This document shows positions 8,595-17,979 of a stretch of 64,000 nucleotides of DNA, in pieces. The DNA comes from a virus (taxonomy: Duplodnaviria; Caudoviricetes): IMG/VR virus record IMGVR_UViG_3300032295_001004, positions 3,068 to 67,067 of that record; one strand, 5' to 3'. Below the pieces are notes generated by a model. It was not told where the DNA came from and ran no database searches. It worked only from the letters and a program-made list of their open reading frames with translations. Both the position numbers and the translations under genes were made by a program. Position 1 is the first letter of the stretch; every line of letters begins with the position of its first letter.

Positions 8595-9457
8595 TTAAAA
8601 AATTTATGTTATTGTTGTTGCTGTTAATCAGCACCAGCATTTATTCACAACCAATTACTATTATTGTACCATTTTCAGCTGGGGGTGCCTTTGATAAGGT
8701 TGCTAGAGAGTACGGTAATTATATCGAAGAAGAATTAAAAACCACGGTTAATATTGTTAATGTAGCCGGAGCAGGCGGCTGGCTAGGTGTTCTAAAATTA
8801 GAACAAAGTGGACCTAGAACAATAATGCTAACCAGTAGTTCATTTTATATTCATCTAAACGAGAAACAAGTTCCCCTAAGTAACTATAAATTTGTTTCAG
8901 TTATTGCAGATAGTCCTATGTATTTGATAGTAAGCAATAATAAAATAACATGCGAAGCAATAAGAAATCAAAACAGTCCAATATTTTTTGGGACTTCTGG
9001 GAGAGATAGTGTAACATCTATGCCCATTTACTTTATATCTAAAAAATACAAAAATGCTGTAGATGTTCCGTATAAAGGGCAAGCTCAAGCAATGGTAGAT
9101 TTACTAGGAGATCGTTTAACAGGAATAATGATTTCAGGGTTATCGTCTAATAGATCCGGGTTGCCAGTAATCGCATCTACATCGGATAAGACAGAAAACG
9201 GTATACCAACATTTAAAGATTGTTTAGGGATTAATAAAACTCTACATACTCAGTTCTTAGTTGCGGCTAACTTGTCTGCTGATACAGAGTTTGTAAAACA
9301 ACTGAATAGTATTGCTGATAAATTTACCAAGGATTCAATTACTAAAGAATTTTTTAAAGTATCTGGTATGAGATCTAGAAGCGGAGATTTAGCCTATACT
9401 GAAAAATTAGTTAGAGACGAATATAATAATTGGAAATCTCTGTTAGTTGAATATTAA
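8591..9457 (+). CDS. Bug/TctC-family (tripartite tricarboxylate transporter) solute-binding protein
   Basis: Signal peptide; ITIIVPFSAGGAFDKVAR, NVAGAGG, VPYKGQAQAMVDLLG. Confidence 0.8.
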   Translation: MIKKFMLLLLLLISTSIYSQPITIIVPFSAGGAFDKVAREYGNYIEEELKTTVNIVNVAGAGGWLGVLKLEQSGPRTIMLTSSSFYIHLNEKQVPLSNYKFVSVIADSPMYLIVSNNKITCEAIRNQNSPIFFGTSGRDSVTSMPIYFISKKYKNAVDVPYKGQAQAMVDLLGDRLTGIMISGLSSNRSGLPVIASTSDKTENGIPTFKDCLGINKTLHTQFLVAANLSADTEFVKQLNSIADKFTKDSITKEFFKVSGMRSRSGDLAYTEKLVRDEYNNWKSLLVEY

Positions 9458-10966
9458 TTACTCTTTTTTCAAATTAAACACTGGATGTATAGGTTTGATA
9501 TTCCAAGATGCTGAATCTGTATATCCAGGATCTTGTGTGCTTTTTAAAAGTGATACATATCTCGAGGTCCTTAACTTGTTAATTCCTCTATTAAAGGCAG
9601 CTACATCTCCAGCAGACCAGCTAACAGATTTTAACTGTAGTTCTTCTTTAGTATAATCTTGTAATATGCAAGGAACCTCGAATACATCTATATGCCTCCA
9701 CATAGTTGTTTTCTTTGACATAACTCGATTGTGATATTCTTTTGCAAGCTCTTTGCATTTATCTACATCCATTATATCACTTACCCATCGAATCATGCTT
9801 GATTCGGCATTTTGAATCTCGTGATATCTATAATATCCTTTAGACATTAACGGATCTTTATCGTTTGATTTATATAGAGATAGAGGATTCATGGCAGCAG
9901 CAAATACCGCAGGACTATCTTCTAACCATCGGCATTGTTCTTCTAAGTCTTTAACGGTGTCATACGGCAAACCTACTATGAAATTAAGATTTAAAATAAC
10001 ATCCTCACCCCAATAGCTATACAGCTTTTCGATAAGGTCCTTGGCTTGCATACCTAAACCTTTACCTACTGTTAGGCCAGCTTGCTTGTTTAATGTTTCA
10101 ATACCAAACTTAGCTCCTAGTATACCGCAATTTTTATAGATTTCCATCATCTCCGGATGCTTTTTAAATAATTCCACACGCATGTATCCAGAGAATTCAA
10201 ACTTAAATGGTAACTTGTTTACTACTCTTTCTAGAAGTAGAGCTTTGTCTAAGCTGTCGTTGATTGTATCGTCAGACAGTACATATCTTGTGGTGCCAAA
10301 TTTTTCATAATTATCCATGAATATGGAATACATTACATCTTCAGACTTAGTAAGATCACCAAACTTTTTTCCTATTAAATCGTACTGACAATATCCGCAT
10401 TTAAAAACACATCCACGACCAAACTCTACAGCAAGAGCCTCTCCAGGTGTAATCATATCATCTTTGGTATATATTAAACCTGTCGAGTTGTTATAAATGT
10501 CATACTTGTAAGTTTTGTCTGATATGTATTTTGTGCCGTTAACTTCTTCTTCTATAATTAACGGGGTATTAAACAATACATGAGAGATAATAACAGGCAC
10601 AGTACTTTCCGCTTGTCCGATAACTCCATAATCGAATCCAGGAAACCGGTTTCCTTTTATAACATAAGAACCGCCTATAATAGATACTGCATCAGGTGCG
10701 TTCTTTTTACACCTAGCTAATAGACTAGATATTTTCGGTTGAGACCAATCTAATAGAGTATTAGATACACATATAAATTTTGTGTTGTTAGATACAAATT
10801 TTTGTATACTAGACTCAAGTATATCTTCTGATAGGTTAAAAGTTTTATCTATAACAGTAACAGTTAGACCTATCTCTCGAAAAACTGATGCTACAGTATA
10901 TGCACCGGTTGGCTTAGGGCCAATTTTAGTTTCAGTATACCCACAAAATATTACAACATCTGACAT
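9458..10966 (-). CDS. Cobalamin-binding (class B-type) radical SAM enzyme
   Basis: N-terminal B12-binding-like domain; EFGRGCVFKCGYC, SDDT, GIETLN, FIVGLPYDT. Confidence 0.8.
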   Translation of the reverse strand: MSDVVIFCGYTETKIGPKPTGAYTVASVFREIGLTVTVIDKTFNLSEDILESSIQKFVSNNTKFICVSNTLLDWSQPKISSLLARCKKNAPDAVSIIGGSYVIKGNRFPGFDYGVIGQAESTVPVIISHVLFNTPLIIEEEVNGTKYISDKTYKYDIYNNSTGLIYTKDDMITPGEALAVEFGRGCVFKCGYCQYDLIGKKFGDLTKSEDVMYSIFMDNYEKFGTTRYVLSDDTINDSLDKALLLERVVNKLPFKFEFSGYMRVELFKKHPEMMEIYKNCGILGAKFGIETLNKQAGLTVGKGLGMQAKDLIEKLYSYWGEDVILNLNFIVGLPYDTVKDLEEQCRWLEDSPAVFAAAMNPLSLYKSNDKDPLMSKGYYRYHEIQNAESSMIRWVSDIMDVDKCKELAKEYHNRVMSKKTTMWRHIDVFEVPCILQDYTKEELQLKSVSWSAGDVAAFNRGINKLRTSRYVSLLKSTQDPGYTDSASWNIKPIHPVFNLKKE

Positions 10967-10969
10967 GAC

Positions 10970-11008
10970 AATATTTATTGAGTGCTTGTACTAGGCTCAA
11001 TAAATATT
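10970..11008. promoter_or_regulatory. Back-to-back late-type promoters forming a perfect 13-bp inverted repeat
   Basis: AATATTTATTGAG-N13-CTCAATAAATATT; each arm carries ATAAATA pointing at a flanking start codon (10966 minus, 11012 plus). Confidence 0.65.
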
Positions 11009-11011
11009 TTA

Positions 11012-12265
11012 ATGAGAATCGCTATATTCGGGACCAACGCAGCTTCAGACTGCCTTATAAAATTATTGCTCAAGGACCCGACAGTTACTAAAGTAATTCA
11101 TTTTGGTGCCAATTCAAGTACAGTCGGTAGCGATCGTTATGAGTTGTTAAGAGAGTATGAACTAGATCCTGCAATAAGAAAAGAAAACTTGTTAGCTAAA
11201 ATTAGAGAATTAGATGTAGATTTAATTATACCTATGAATTTACATTTTCAAACTTGGCCTGAATTTCAAATGGCTATACGGTCAAAGAATATTCCTGTGC
11301 TAGGTCCAAGATATAATGCAGCATTCTTAGAATGGTCAAAGGTAATTTCAAAAAACTTGTTTAATTATATAGGAATACCTAGTCCGAAATATGTTATATA
11401 CCCAGCTGACGAACTTCAAAAAGATTTCTTAGACATCGAGAGACCCTTTGTTTTAAAATACGATCGTGATTATCGAGCAGGATTTGAGACTATTATAGTA
11501 ACAGACGACAATGTAGATCAGGAATATGCAGAATTTAAAACAAATGGTAAGACTAGATATCTCAAAATGATGGGAGACTTTGTTGATCAGAAAATGATTA
11601 TCGAAGATTATATACCTAGCGGAAGAGAATATTCATATCATGCATTATGTAACAATACAGGGTTTACCTACATAGGATCTGCAAGAGATTATAAAAAGCT
11701 AGAAGAAGGCGATATTGGTCCAAATACAGCGGGAGTAGGATCTTATGCACCTGCTACGGATGTTGACCAAGTTGTACATACCTATGTTCAAAAGCTATTA
11801 GATCATTTTAAACAACGAAATAACGAGTATATTGGATTTTTATATTTGGGGATTATCGTAGATCAAACCGGTATTCCATTGGTGTTAGAAATTAATACAA
11901 GACCCGGAGATCCTGAATTACAATGTTTACTCCCTTTAATAAAAAATAACATTGCAAATTTGTTGTATACCACTGCTAGCGACCAACAATTACCTGTTAT
12001 TGATTTTAGTGATAAATTCTCAGTCTCAGTTAGAATCTTTAACAAAAATTATAAACTGAATACAAAACAGGAAAGAGAACCGGAATTAGGGACTATCCCT
12101 AATAATATTTCAATTAGTTATAATTCAGATAGAGAACTATTATACGCTGTACTAACAGCTGAAGCAGATAGTATTGAAGAAGCTAGTAACATTATCTATA
12201 ATTTTTTAAAAGACAAAGACTTAGGTGATTATACTTATAGAAAAGACATAGGAAAGTTACTTTAA
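11012..12265 (+). CDS. purD: PurD (GAR synthetase)-like ATP-grasp ligase, divergent
   Basis: LEWSK, IEDY..GREYS, DYKKLEEGDIGPNTAGVGSYAP, LEINTRPGDPE match PurD. The N-terminal GGREHA and GLAAGKG motifs are not conserved. Confidence 0.7.
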   Translation: MRIAIFGTNAASDCLIKLLLKDPTVTKVIHFGANSSTVGSDRYELLREYELDPAIRKENLLAKIRELDVDLIIPMNLHFQTWPEFQMAIRSKNIPVLGPRYNAAFLEWSKVISKNLFNYIGIPSPKYVIYPADELQKDFLDIERPFVLKYDRDYRAGFETIIVTDDNVDQEYAEFKTNGKTRYLKMMGDFVDQKMIIEDYIPSGREYSYHALCNNTGFTYIGSARDYKKLEEGDIGPNTAGVGSYAPATDVDQVVHTYVQKLLDHFKQRNNEYIGFLYLGIIVDQTGIPLVLEINTRPGDPELQCLLPLIKNNIANLLYTTASDQQLPVIDFSDKFSVSVRIFNKNYKLNTKQEREPELGTIPNNISISYNSDRELLYAVLTAEADSIEEASNIIYNFLKDKDLGDYTYRKDIGKLL

Positions 12266-13732
12266 AATATTAGTCTTATATTGATTAATGATATTTCTCC
12301 ATCTGTCTTTACAATCAGGAAATGCTGCAAAGTCTTTACCCAGAGCCGGACTCCAACTTAAAATTTCTTTGTGACTGTACCCTAGATTAACCCACTTAAC
12401 ATACTCTTGGGCGTGTAGATGTTTCTTAGCTGCGGCCGCTGCATCTTTATGATGTTTAGCAATCTTTATTACCTCCTCTCTAGTAAGATCCGAGAAAGCA
12501 TTATACCATCCTCTGTCGTTATCTAATTCAATATAACCAAACTTTGTAGGATTGTCTTCGATATCCGATCTCCAAACTTTAGATTTTGAAAAATCTAAAC
12601 CTAGATAATTTATGTTTACAGTATGGAACGGCGATGTATTATTATAGGTTAAAGGCAACCATTCTTCTAACTTATCACGGGTATCATAGGGTAATCCTAC
12701 AATGAGACCTGCTGATAATAAAGTATCCGGCCATAGCTCCCGTAATTTATGTGCGAACTCTAACTTAGATTCAGGATCACCACCTTTTTTAATAAAGGAG
12801 GCAGCTTTATGATTCAAACTCTCTATGCCAAAGAACGCCCCTCGAATTCCTAATGCCTTTAACAACTCAATCTGTTCAGGATGAGATTGCACTAGATCTA
12901 GTCGAATGTACCCTGCAAATCTTAATTTAAAAGATAACTTCCTAACAACATTTTCGTACAATAATTCTAATTTTTCTGTATAGTCATTAAATGTGTCGTC
13001 TGAAAAATGGTAAGTAGTAACACCATATTGTGCATAATTATATTCGAGCTCTTCTCTTAGAATATCTAAATTTCTAAGATAGTCTTTTTTGTTTTTTCCG
13101 TTAAGTGGGTACGCACAAAAACTGCACTTAAAAATACATCCTCTAGCTATTTCAATTGGAAGGCCTGCGCCCCAATGCACATAGTCTTCCGGTGTAAATT
13201 CGCTTCTTGAATTATAAAAATCAAAAGAAGCCGCAGTTTTATCACTTGTTACTCGAACTTCCCCCGCTGACCTATTGTATTGTATAGAAGATAATTTGTT
13301 ATTAAGCGATTTAGTCAACTCAACTACTGTTGTATCTGCATACCCCTCAACATATATGTCAACTCCAGGTACTGTTTTGTATGCCCTAGAACCGCCGTAG
13401 ACAATTTTTAATTTAGGATAATCAGATTTTAATTTTGCCCACACTTCTGCAGATCCTAATAATCTGTCAAGAAAATAATTTGTCTTTGGATCTTCTAAAA
13501 ATGTCGAACTAATCCCTACCCACAATGTTTCTTTTGAAACATATTTGTCAAATACTTTTTGAAAATATTCAGGATCAGAACTTAATTGAGCTGTATAATC
13601 TAATACCTTGACTGTATATCCGTGGTTCCGTAATTCTGTAGCAATCCTATAAGCACCAATTGCCCTTATTGCGCCTATCCTTAAATTAAGATCTCTAGAT
13701 CCTGTCCCGGTAAAAATAATAACTTGGTACAT
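12257..13732 (-). CDS. Cobalamin-binding (class B-type) radical SAM enzyme, paralog of 9458-10966
   Basis: GAYRIATELRNHGYTVKVLD, EIARGCIFKCSFC, SDDT, GIESLN, LIVGLPYDT. Confidence 0.8.
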   Translation of the reverse strand: MYQVIIFTGTGSRDLNLRIGAIRAIGAYRIATELRNHGYTVKVLDYTAQLSSDPEYFQKVFDKYVSKETLWVGISSTFLEDPKTNYFLDRLLGSAEVWAKLKSDYPKLKIVYGGSRAYKTVPGVDIYVEGYADTTVVELTKSLNNKLSSIQYNRSAGEVRVTSDKTAASFDFYNSRSEFTPEDYVHWGAGLPIEIARGCIFKCSFCAYPLNGKNKKDYLRNLDILREELEYNYAQYGVTTYHFSDDTFNDYTEKLELLYENVVRKLSFKLRFAGYIRLDLVQSHPEQIELLKALGIRGAFFGIESLNHKAASFIKKGGDPESKLEFAHKLRELWPDTLLSAGLIVGLPYDTRDKLEEWLPLTYNNTSPFHTVNINYLGLDFSKSKVWRSDIEDNPTKFGYIELDNDRGWYNAFSDLTREEVIKIAKHHKDAAAAAKKHLHAQEYVKWVNLGYSHKEILSWSPALGKDFAAFPDCKDRWRNIINQYKTNILK

Positions 13733-13738
13733 AGTGAA

Positions 13739-13770
13739 TATTTATTAGGCATTATAATGAACTATAAATA
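13739..13770. promoter_or_regulatory. Divergent late-type promoter motifs
   Basis: ATAAATA on the minus strand at 13739-13745 before the 13732 start; TATAAATA on the plus strand at 13763-13770 (implies the true start may be ATG 13796). Confidence 0.55.
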
Positions 13771-15088
13771 TCAGTATAACTTTAAATTTACAAATATGTT
13801 AAGCTGGTTTAAACTTAAAAACTTCCCTCGTCAGATTTTTAAAAACGAAAGCATAATTAGCGATCGAGATTATTTAAACAGTCTACTCAAAGACGGAACC
13901 AATCCTATGATCATGCTGAATAAGGACGACTTTTCAGATATCATGAACGACTGGTTTGCTAGGAGAGGATTAATGATAGAAAAGTCTATGATGTTTTATC
14001 GATTCGAAGATGCAGAACCTCACATAGACCTTAAAGCAAAATCAACTGTTGCTAGTATTCAGCACAACTACGGAATCAATATTGAGTTCTTTGGAAAAGG
14101 TACAATGTCTTGGTATAAAACTCCTAAGTTAGAAGAAAAAGATATTATTAAAACTGTAGCAGGAACTCCATTTGTTAGATTTAAAAAAGAAAACATAGAG
14201 GAAATTGATTGTCTTTACAATGTTCGAGACCCTGTCCTAGTAAGAACTGATATCCCTCACTCAGTAGAAATGATAAAAGGTCCTAGATTAGTTGTTAGTA
14301 TTCGATTTAGAGAAATTGGACAAGATGATGCATGTTCATGGGAAAACATATTGTCTATATTAAAAGAAGATCTACAATCTAGATATGATTATAATTTAAC
14401 AATACCTGGAATGACTAGACCATTTGAATTATCTGCACTAGGATATATTTCATCGTTAGTGTTACCTGGCAAGATTTTTATAGAGGTAGGTAGCTGGATA
14501 GGGAGATCCAGCTATGCAATATCTAAGAATCTCCCACCTAAGTCAGTATTACATTGTATCGATACTTGGGAATACAATAACGATTACGGTAACAACTTAT
14601 TAGACATTTCTAAACAACATACTAAATCAAACTTTAATGACTACTATATATCTCATAAAGGTATGGAGTTATTAATTGAGAGATATCAAACCAGTAAAGA
14701 TTGGCTAGATATATGGAAGCAGTATACTTCCGATTGTAATAATATTGTGCCTTTTAAAATGCGATCAGAGGATTACGATATACCTGGAAATGTTGCCTGT
14801 GTTTACATAGATGGCAACCATTCAGCTGAAGGAGTATCTGCCGATCTTAAAAAATTCAATATATCTAATGATGTGTTACTATGTGGCGATGACTGTAGCA
14901 TGAAACATATTAATGGAGTAGTATATGCATTGTTAGACGGAGAGGTAAGAGAGAAAACATTAGGTGGTGGAAGAACAATACGGAGAACTCTTATTGTTCT
15001 TCCTAATTCTAAATTTTGGATTTTACTGCCAACTGAAGGCTACTGGGCTAATGTCTTTAAACTTGGAGATATTTTAAAATTATCATGA
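13757..15088 (+). CDS. Fusion: N-terminal 2OG-Fe(II) oxygenase-like domain plus C-terminal class I SAM methyltransferase
   Basis: EPHID...IPHSV...RLVVSIRF, then IEVGSWIGRS...YIDGNHS...LLCGDD. Confidence 0.65.
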   Translation: MNYKYQYNFKFTNMLSWFKLKNFPRQIFKNESIISDRDYLNSLLKDGTNPMIMLNKDDFSDIMNDWFARRGLMIEKSMMFYRFEDAEPHIDLKAKSTVASIQHNYGINIEFFGKGTMSWYKTPKLEEKDIIKTVAGTPFVRFKKENIEEIDCLYNVRDPVLVRTDIPHSVEMIKGPRLVVSIRFREIGQDDACSWENILSILKEDLQSRYDYNLTIPGMTRPFELSALGYISSLVLPGKIFIEVGSWIGRSSYAISKNLPPKSVLHCIDTWEYNNDYGNNLLDISKQHTKSNFNDYYISHKGMELLIERYQTSKDWLDIWKQYTSDCNNIVPFKMRSEDYDIPGNVACVYIDGNHSAEGVSADLKKFNISNDVLLCGDDCSMKHINGVVYALLDGEVREKTLGGGRTIRRTLIVLPNSKFWILLPTEGYWANVFKLGDILKLS

Positions 15089-15750
15089 GCAAACTTCCTT
15101 ATCATGTAATTCCGTTTAAATTTAACGAAGAATCACAAAAATTACTAGATGAAATCATACCGGACTACATAGTTCAATTTGAAAAGAATTCAAGTGAACG
15201 AGGTGGAAACTTAACATTAAATGACGACATGCGCCTGGACCTCGGAGCAGTAGGAGACCAGTTTAGAGAAATATTTAAAAAAGTCGGCGTTGTAAAATTC
15301 AAAATTCAATTGTTTGTCTATAGGAATAAACGGCCCCAAGACCCGGAATGGGCTATCGGTAATCCTCACATTGATCAATACGGAATATGGCCCGAGATTA
15401 CCGCTTTTAATAGATTCAGTGTGCTATATGCAGGAACACAAGATTACGAATACCAGTGGTGGGAACATATTGATCAGAACAATATGGAACAACTGTCATG
15501 GCATGAACATATTACCTATACAGGTCTTCCAAGTAAACGATTACAATTAAAAGGAGTAACTGATTTAGAAAGATGGAAGCAAATTGGAAAACCTAATGTG
15601 ACTGCTACTCACTTATCAGAGGTAGGTAAAACTGCTGGATTTGTTAAAGCAACTTGCTTACATAATCTAGCAATGAAACCTGGTAGAAGAGTTGTAGTCA
15701 GTGCTCGAATACCTCAACCGTGGGAAACTTTAGACTTTTCTAAATTATAA
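15085..15750 (+). CDS. Putative 2OG-Fe(II) oxygenase-like protein
   Basis: NPHID ... CLHNL ... RRVVVSAR. Confidence 0.55.
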   Translation: MSKLPYHVIPFKFNEESQKLLDEIIPDYIVQFEKNSSERGGNLTLNDDMRLDLGAVGDQFREIFKKVGVVKFKIQLFVYRNKRPQDPEWAIGNPHIDQYGIWPEITAFNRFSVLYAGTQDYEYQWWEHIDQNNMEQLSWHEHITYTGLPSKRLQLKGVTDLERWKQIGKPNVTATHLSEVGKTAGFVKATCLHNLAMKPGRRVVVSARIPQPWETLDFSKL

Positions 15751-16673
15751 TGATTAATCAAGCACTGTTCAACGAGGCACATAGTCTCGACACAATACAC
15801 GGAAATCATAAGATATTTGTTTCTTGGATGTTAGGCAATCAATGCACATACAAATGTAGCTACTGCAACGATGCATATAACGGAGGAAACCATAAATTTC
15901 CTAGTAAAGAAAAAATACTTGAAGTTTTTAATACATTTAATACACCTATTAAGGTCATGTTCTTAGGCGGGGAACCGACATATCATCCCGACTTTGAAGA
16001 AATAGTTTTAGGAAAACCTAACCATGTTACTATTCAATTAATTAGTAACGGGTCAAGGCCATTAGCTTTCTGGGAAAGAATATCACAACACCTAGATCTT
16101 ATCATACTTACATATCATATAGAATATGCAAAATTAGAAAGATTTAAAGAAATAGCATCTGCTTGTAAAAATAAATTAAGTCGTATAAACTTGCCGATGT
16201 TACCATCTAGATGGGACGAGTGTATGGAAGTATTTGTTAGTTTGACTGAGGCGGGCTTCAAAGTATCACCTAAGGTACTATTAGAAGACTTTGGTTATAC
16301 AGCAAACAAATACCTACAAGGTTATAACAAAGAGCAATTAGCTTGGATCAATTCCAATCAAGATGCCGCTGTACATACTATGAAAATGATTGCTCCTAGT
16401 GGAAAATCGTTTAAGCAAACAAATCCTTCAGAGTTACTGGCACAGAAACTTACTAATTTTAAAGGATGGGAGTGTGAGTCTCCTAAATGGAATGTAAGCA
16501 TTTTATCTGATGGTAGAGTATTTGATACTGCATGTAAACAAAGAAAACAATTAGGAACTATCGAAAGCGGGTTTAATCTAAATAGAAGTCCAGTTATATG
16601 CGAACAAAACTTTTGTTGGTGTTATAGTGATTTACATACTAAAAAAACAAGAGTACTAAATGATAACACATGA
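15750..16673 (+). CDS. Radical SAM enzyme with C-terminal twitch/SPASM-like Cys cluster
   Basis: CTYKCSYC, GGEPT, ISNG; C-terminal GWEC...DG.VFDTAC...ICEQNFCWC. Confidence 0.8.
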   Translation: MINQALFNEAHSLDTIHGNHKIFVSWMLGNQCTYKCSYCNDAYNGGNHKFPSKEKILEVFNTFNTPIKVMFLGGEPTYHPDFEEIVLGKPNHVTIQLISNGSRPLAFWERISQHLDLIILTYHIEYAKLERFKEIASACKNKLSRINLPMLPSRWDECMEVFVSLTEAGFKVSPKVLLEDFGYTANKYLQGYNKEQLAWINSNQDAAVHTMKMIAPSGKSFKQTNPSELLAQKLTNFKGWECESPKWNVSILSDGRVFDTACKQRKQLGTIESGFNLNRSPVICEQNFCWCYSDLHTKKTRVLNDNT

Positions 16674-17418
16674 AGATCTAGAAAAATTAGGTTCCGGATC
16701 TACAATACCTGATATTTTAATTACATCATTGATCGCAAATTCAAACTCGAAGATTAAAAATTTTTACGAGTTTGGTACTTGGGTAGGAGGATTTATTATA
16801 CTAGTTAATAGTCTAACTAATGATTTAAAATTCTATGCGTCGGAGACAATGGAGCATTTTAAATTTCAAGAACTAAAAAATACAAAACCTTTAGTTAATT
16901 GGGAAGAAATTATCGACCTAGAGTCTTTAGATGTGTATATCAAGAAAACATCTATAGATTATTGCCATAAAGAAATAAACTTAGATATGTTTATTAGCAA
17001 TGATAGTATGTTAAATAGTATTAAAGTTCCTTTAGATTTCATACACTTTGATTGTATGATTGACGGAGACAAAGTATATAACACAGCAAAAAATTTAATA
17101 GAAAACCATATGTCTGATCACGGAATATTTTGTGTAGACGACTTTATGCCAATTTGCGGTTTTAGAACTATAGCTATTTCAAAGCTAGTTACTGAAAACA
17201 AATTATTTCCTTTGTATCTTGGCCATAACAAAATGTTCTTTTGTAAAAGCCACGAAGCGCAATGGCAAGCTGCCAAAATGCTCTTAGCCTATGTTAAGAC
17301 CGCAGATTGTAAAAACAAGTTTTCTACATTATATAGCAGTCAAAATTTTCGACCATTAGAATTAAGTTTCAATGGAACTCGACATACACATTTCAGATAC
17401 GATCCAAGATGGAAATAA
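16660..17418 (+). CDS. Putative class I SAM-dependent methyltransferase
   Basis: YEFGTWVGG, DFIHFD, FCVDD motifs (Methyltransf_24-like). Confidence 0.55.
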   Translation: MITHEDLEKLGSGSTIPDILITSLIANSNSKIKNFYEFGTWVGGFIILVNSLTNDLKFYASETMEHFKFQELKNTKPLVNWEEIIDLESLDVYIKKTSIDYCHKEINLDMFISNDSMLNSIKVPLDFIHFDCMIDGDKVYNTAKNLIENHMSDHGIFCVDDFMPICGFRTIAISKLVTENKLFPLYLGHNKMFFCKSHEAQWQAAKMLLAYVKTADCKNKFSTLYSSQNFRPLELSFNGTRHTHFRYDPRWK

Positions 17419-17421
17419 ATT

Positions 17422-17979
17422 ATGCATAATTATAAAAGATTATTATCTGCACCTAAGACTACTGAAAAGTTAGTTACAATTGACATACAAAAACTAGCAA
17501 ATGAAATTTCTAAATACAATCTTGGAATACATTCCAAAGACGAGAAGTATATGAAATTTAGCCCGTTAGTCGATTTAAGATCGTTTATAATTAAAGAAGT
17601 TAACTGGGATTTTAAATGTAGCGGAGATTATACTAATGAATTACCAGAATTTGTTGCTATTGTAATGGATATCTTTAAATGTGATAAAGAATGGATTGAC
17701 AAGAAATTACAAAGAGCATACTATACTGAATTAAACCCAGGTAAAGTTGTAAAGCCTCATCATGATGGTAATCATAGATATTTTGATAAAGTTGACAGAT
17801 TTCATATCTACTTGTCAGAAGAAGATGCACAGATTGATCTTTACTGCAATAGTCAACGATTAGATTATAAACTAGGAGAGGTATGGAGATTTGACCTAGG
17901 GAAAGAACACTGGGCAAAAAATAACTCAACTAAACCTTTAAAAATGTTTGTATTTGATTTACTGAGAGATGATGAATGA
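17422..17979 (+). CDS. Aspartyl/asparaginyl beta-hydroxylase-like 2OG oxygenase
   Basis: LNPGKVVKPHHD...RFHIYL...EVWRFD..KEHWAKN...FVFD. Confidence 0.65.
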   Translation: MHNYKRLLSAPKTTEKLVTIDIQKLANEISKYNLGIHSKDEKYMKFSPLVDLRSFIIKEVNWDFKCSGDYTNELPEFVAIVMDIFKCDKEWIDKKLQRAYYTELNPGKVVKPHHDGNHRYFDKVDRFHIYLSEEDAQIDLYCNSQRLDYKLGEVWRFDLGKEHWAKNNSTKPLKMFVFDLLRDDE

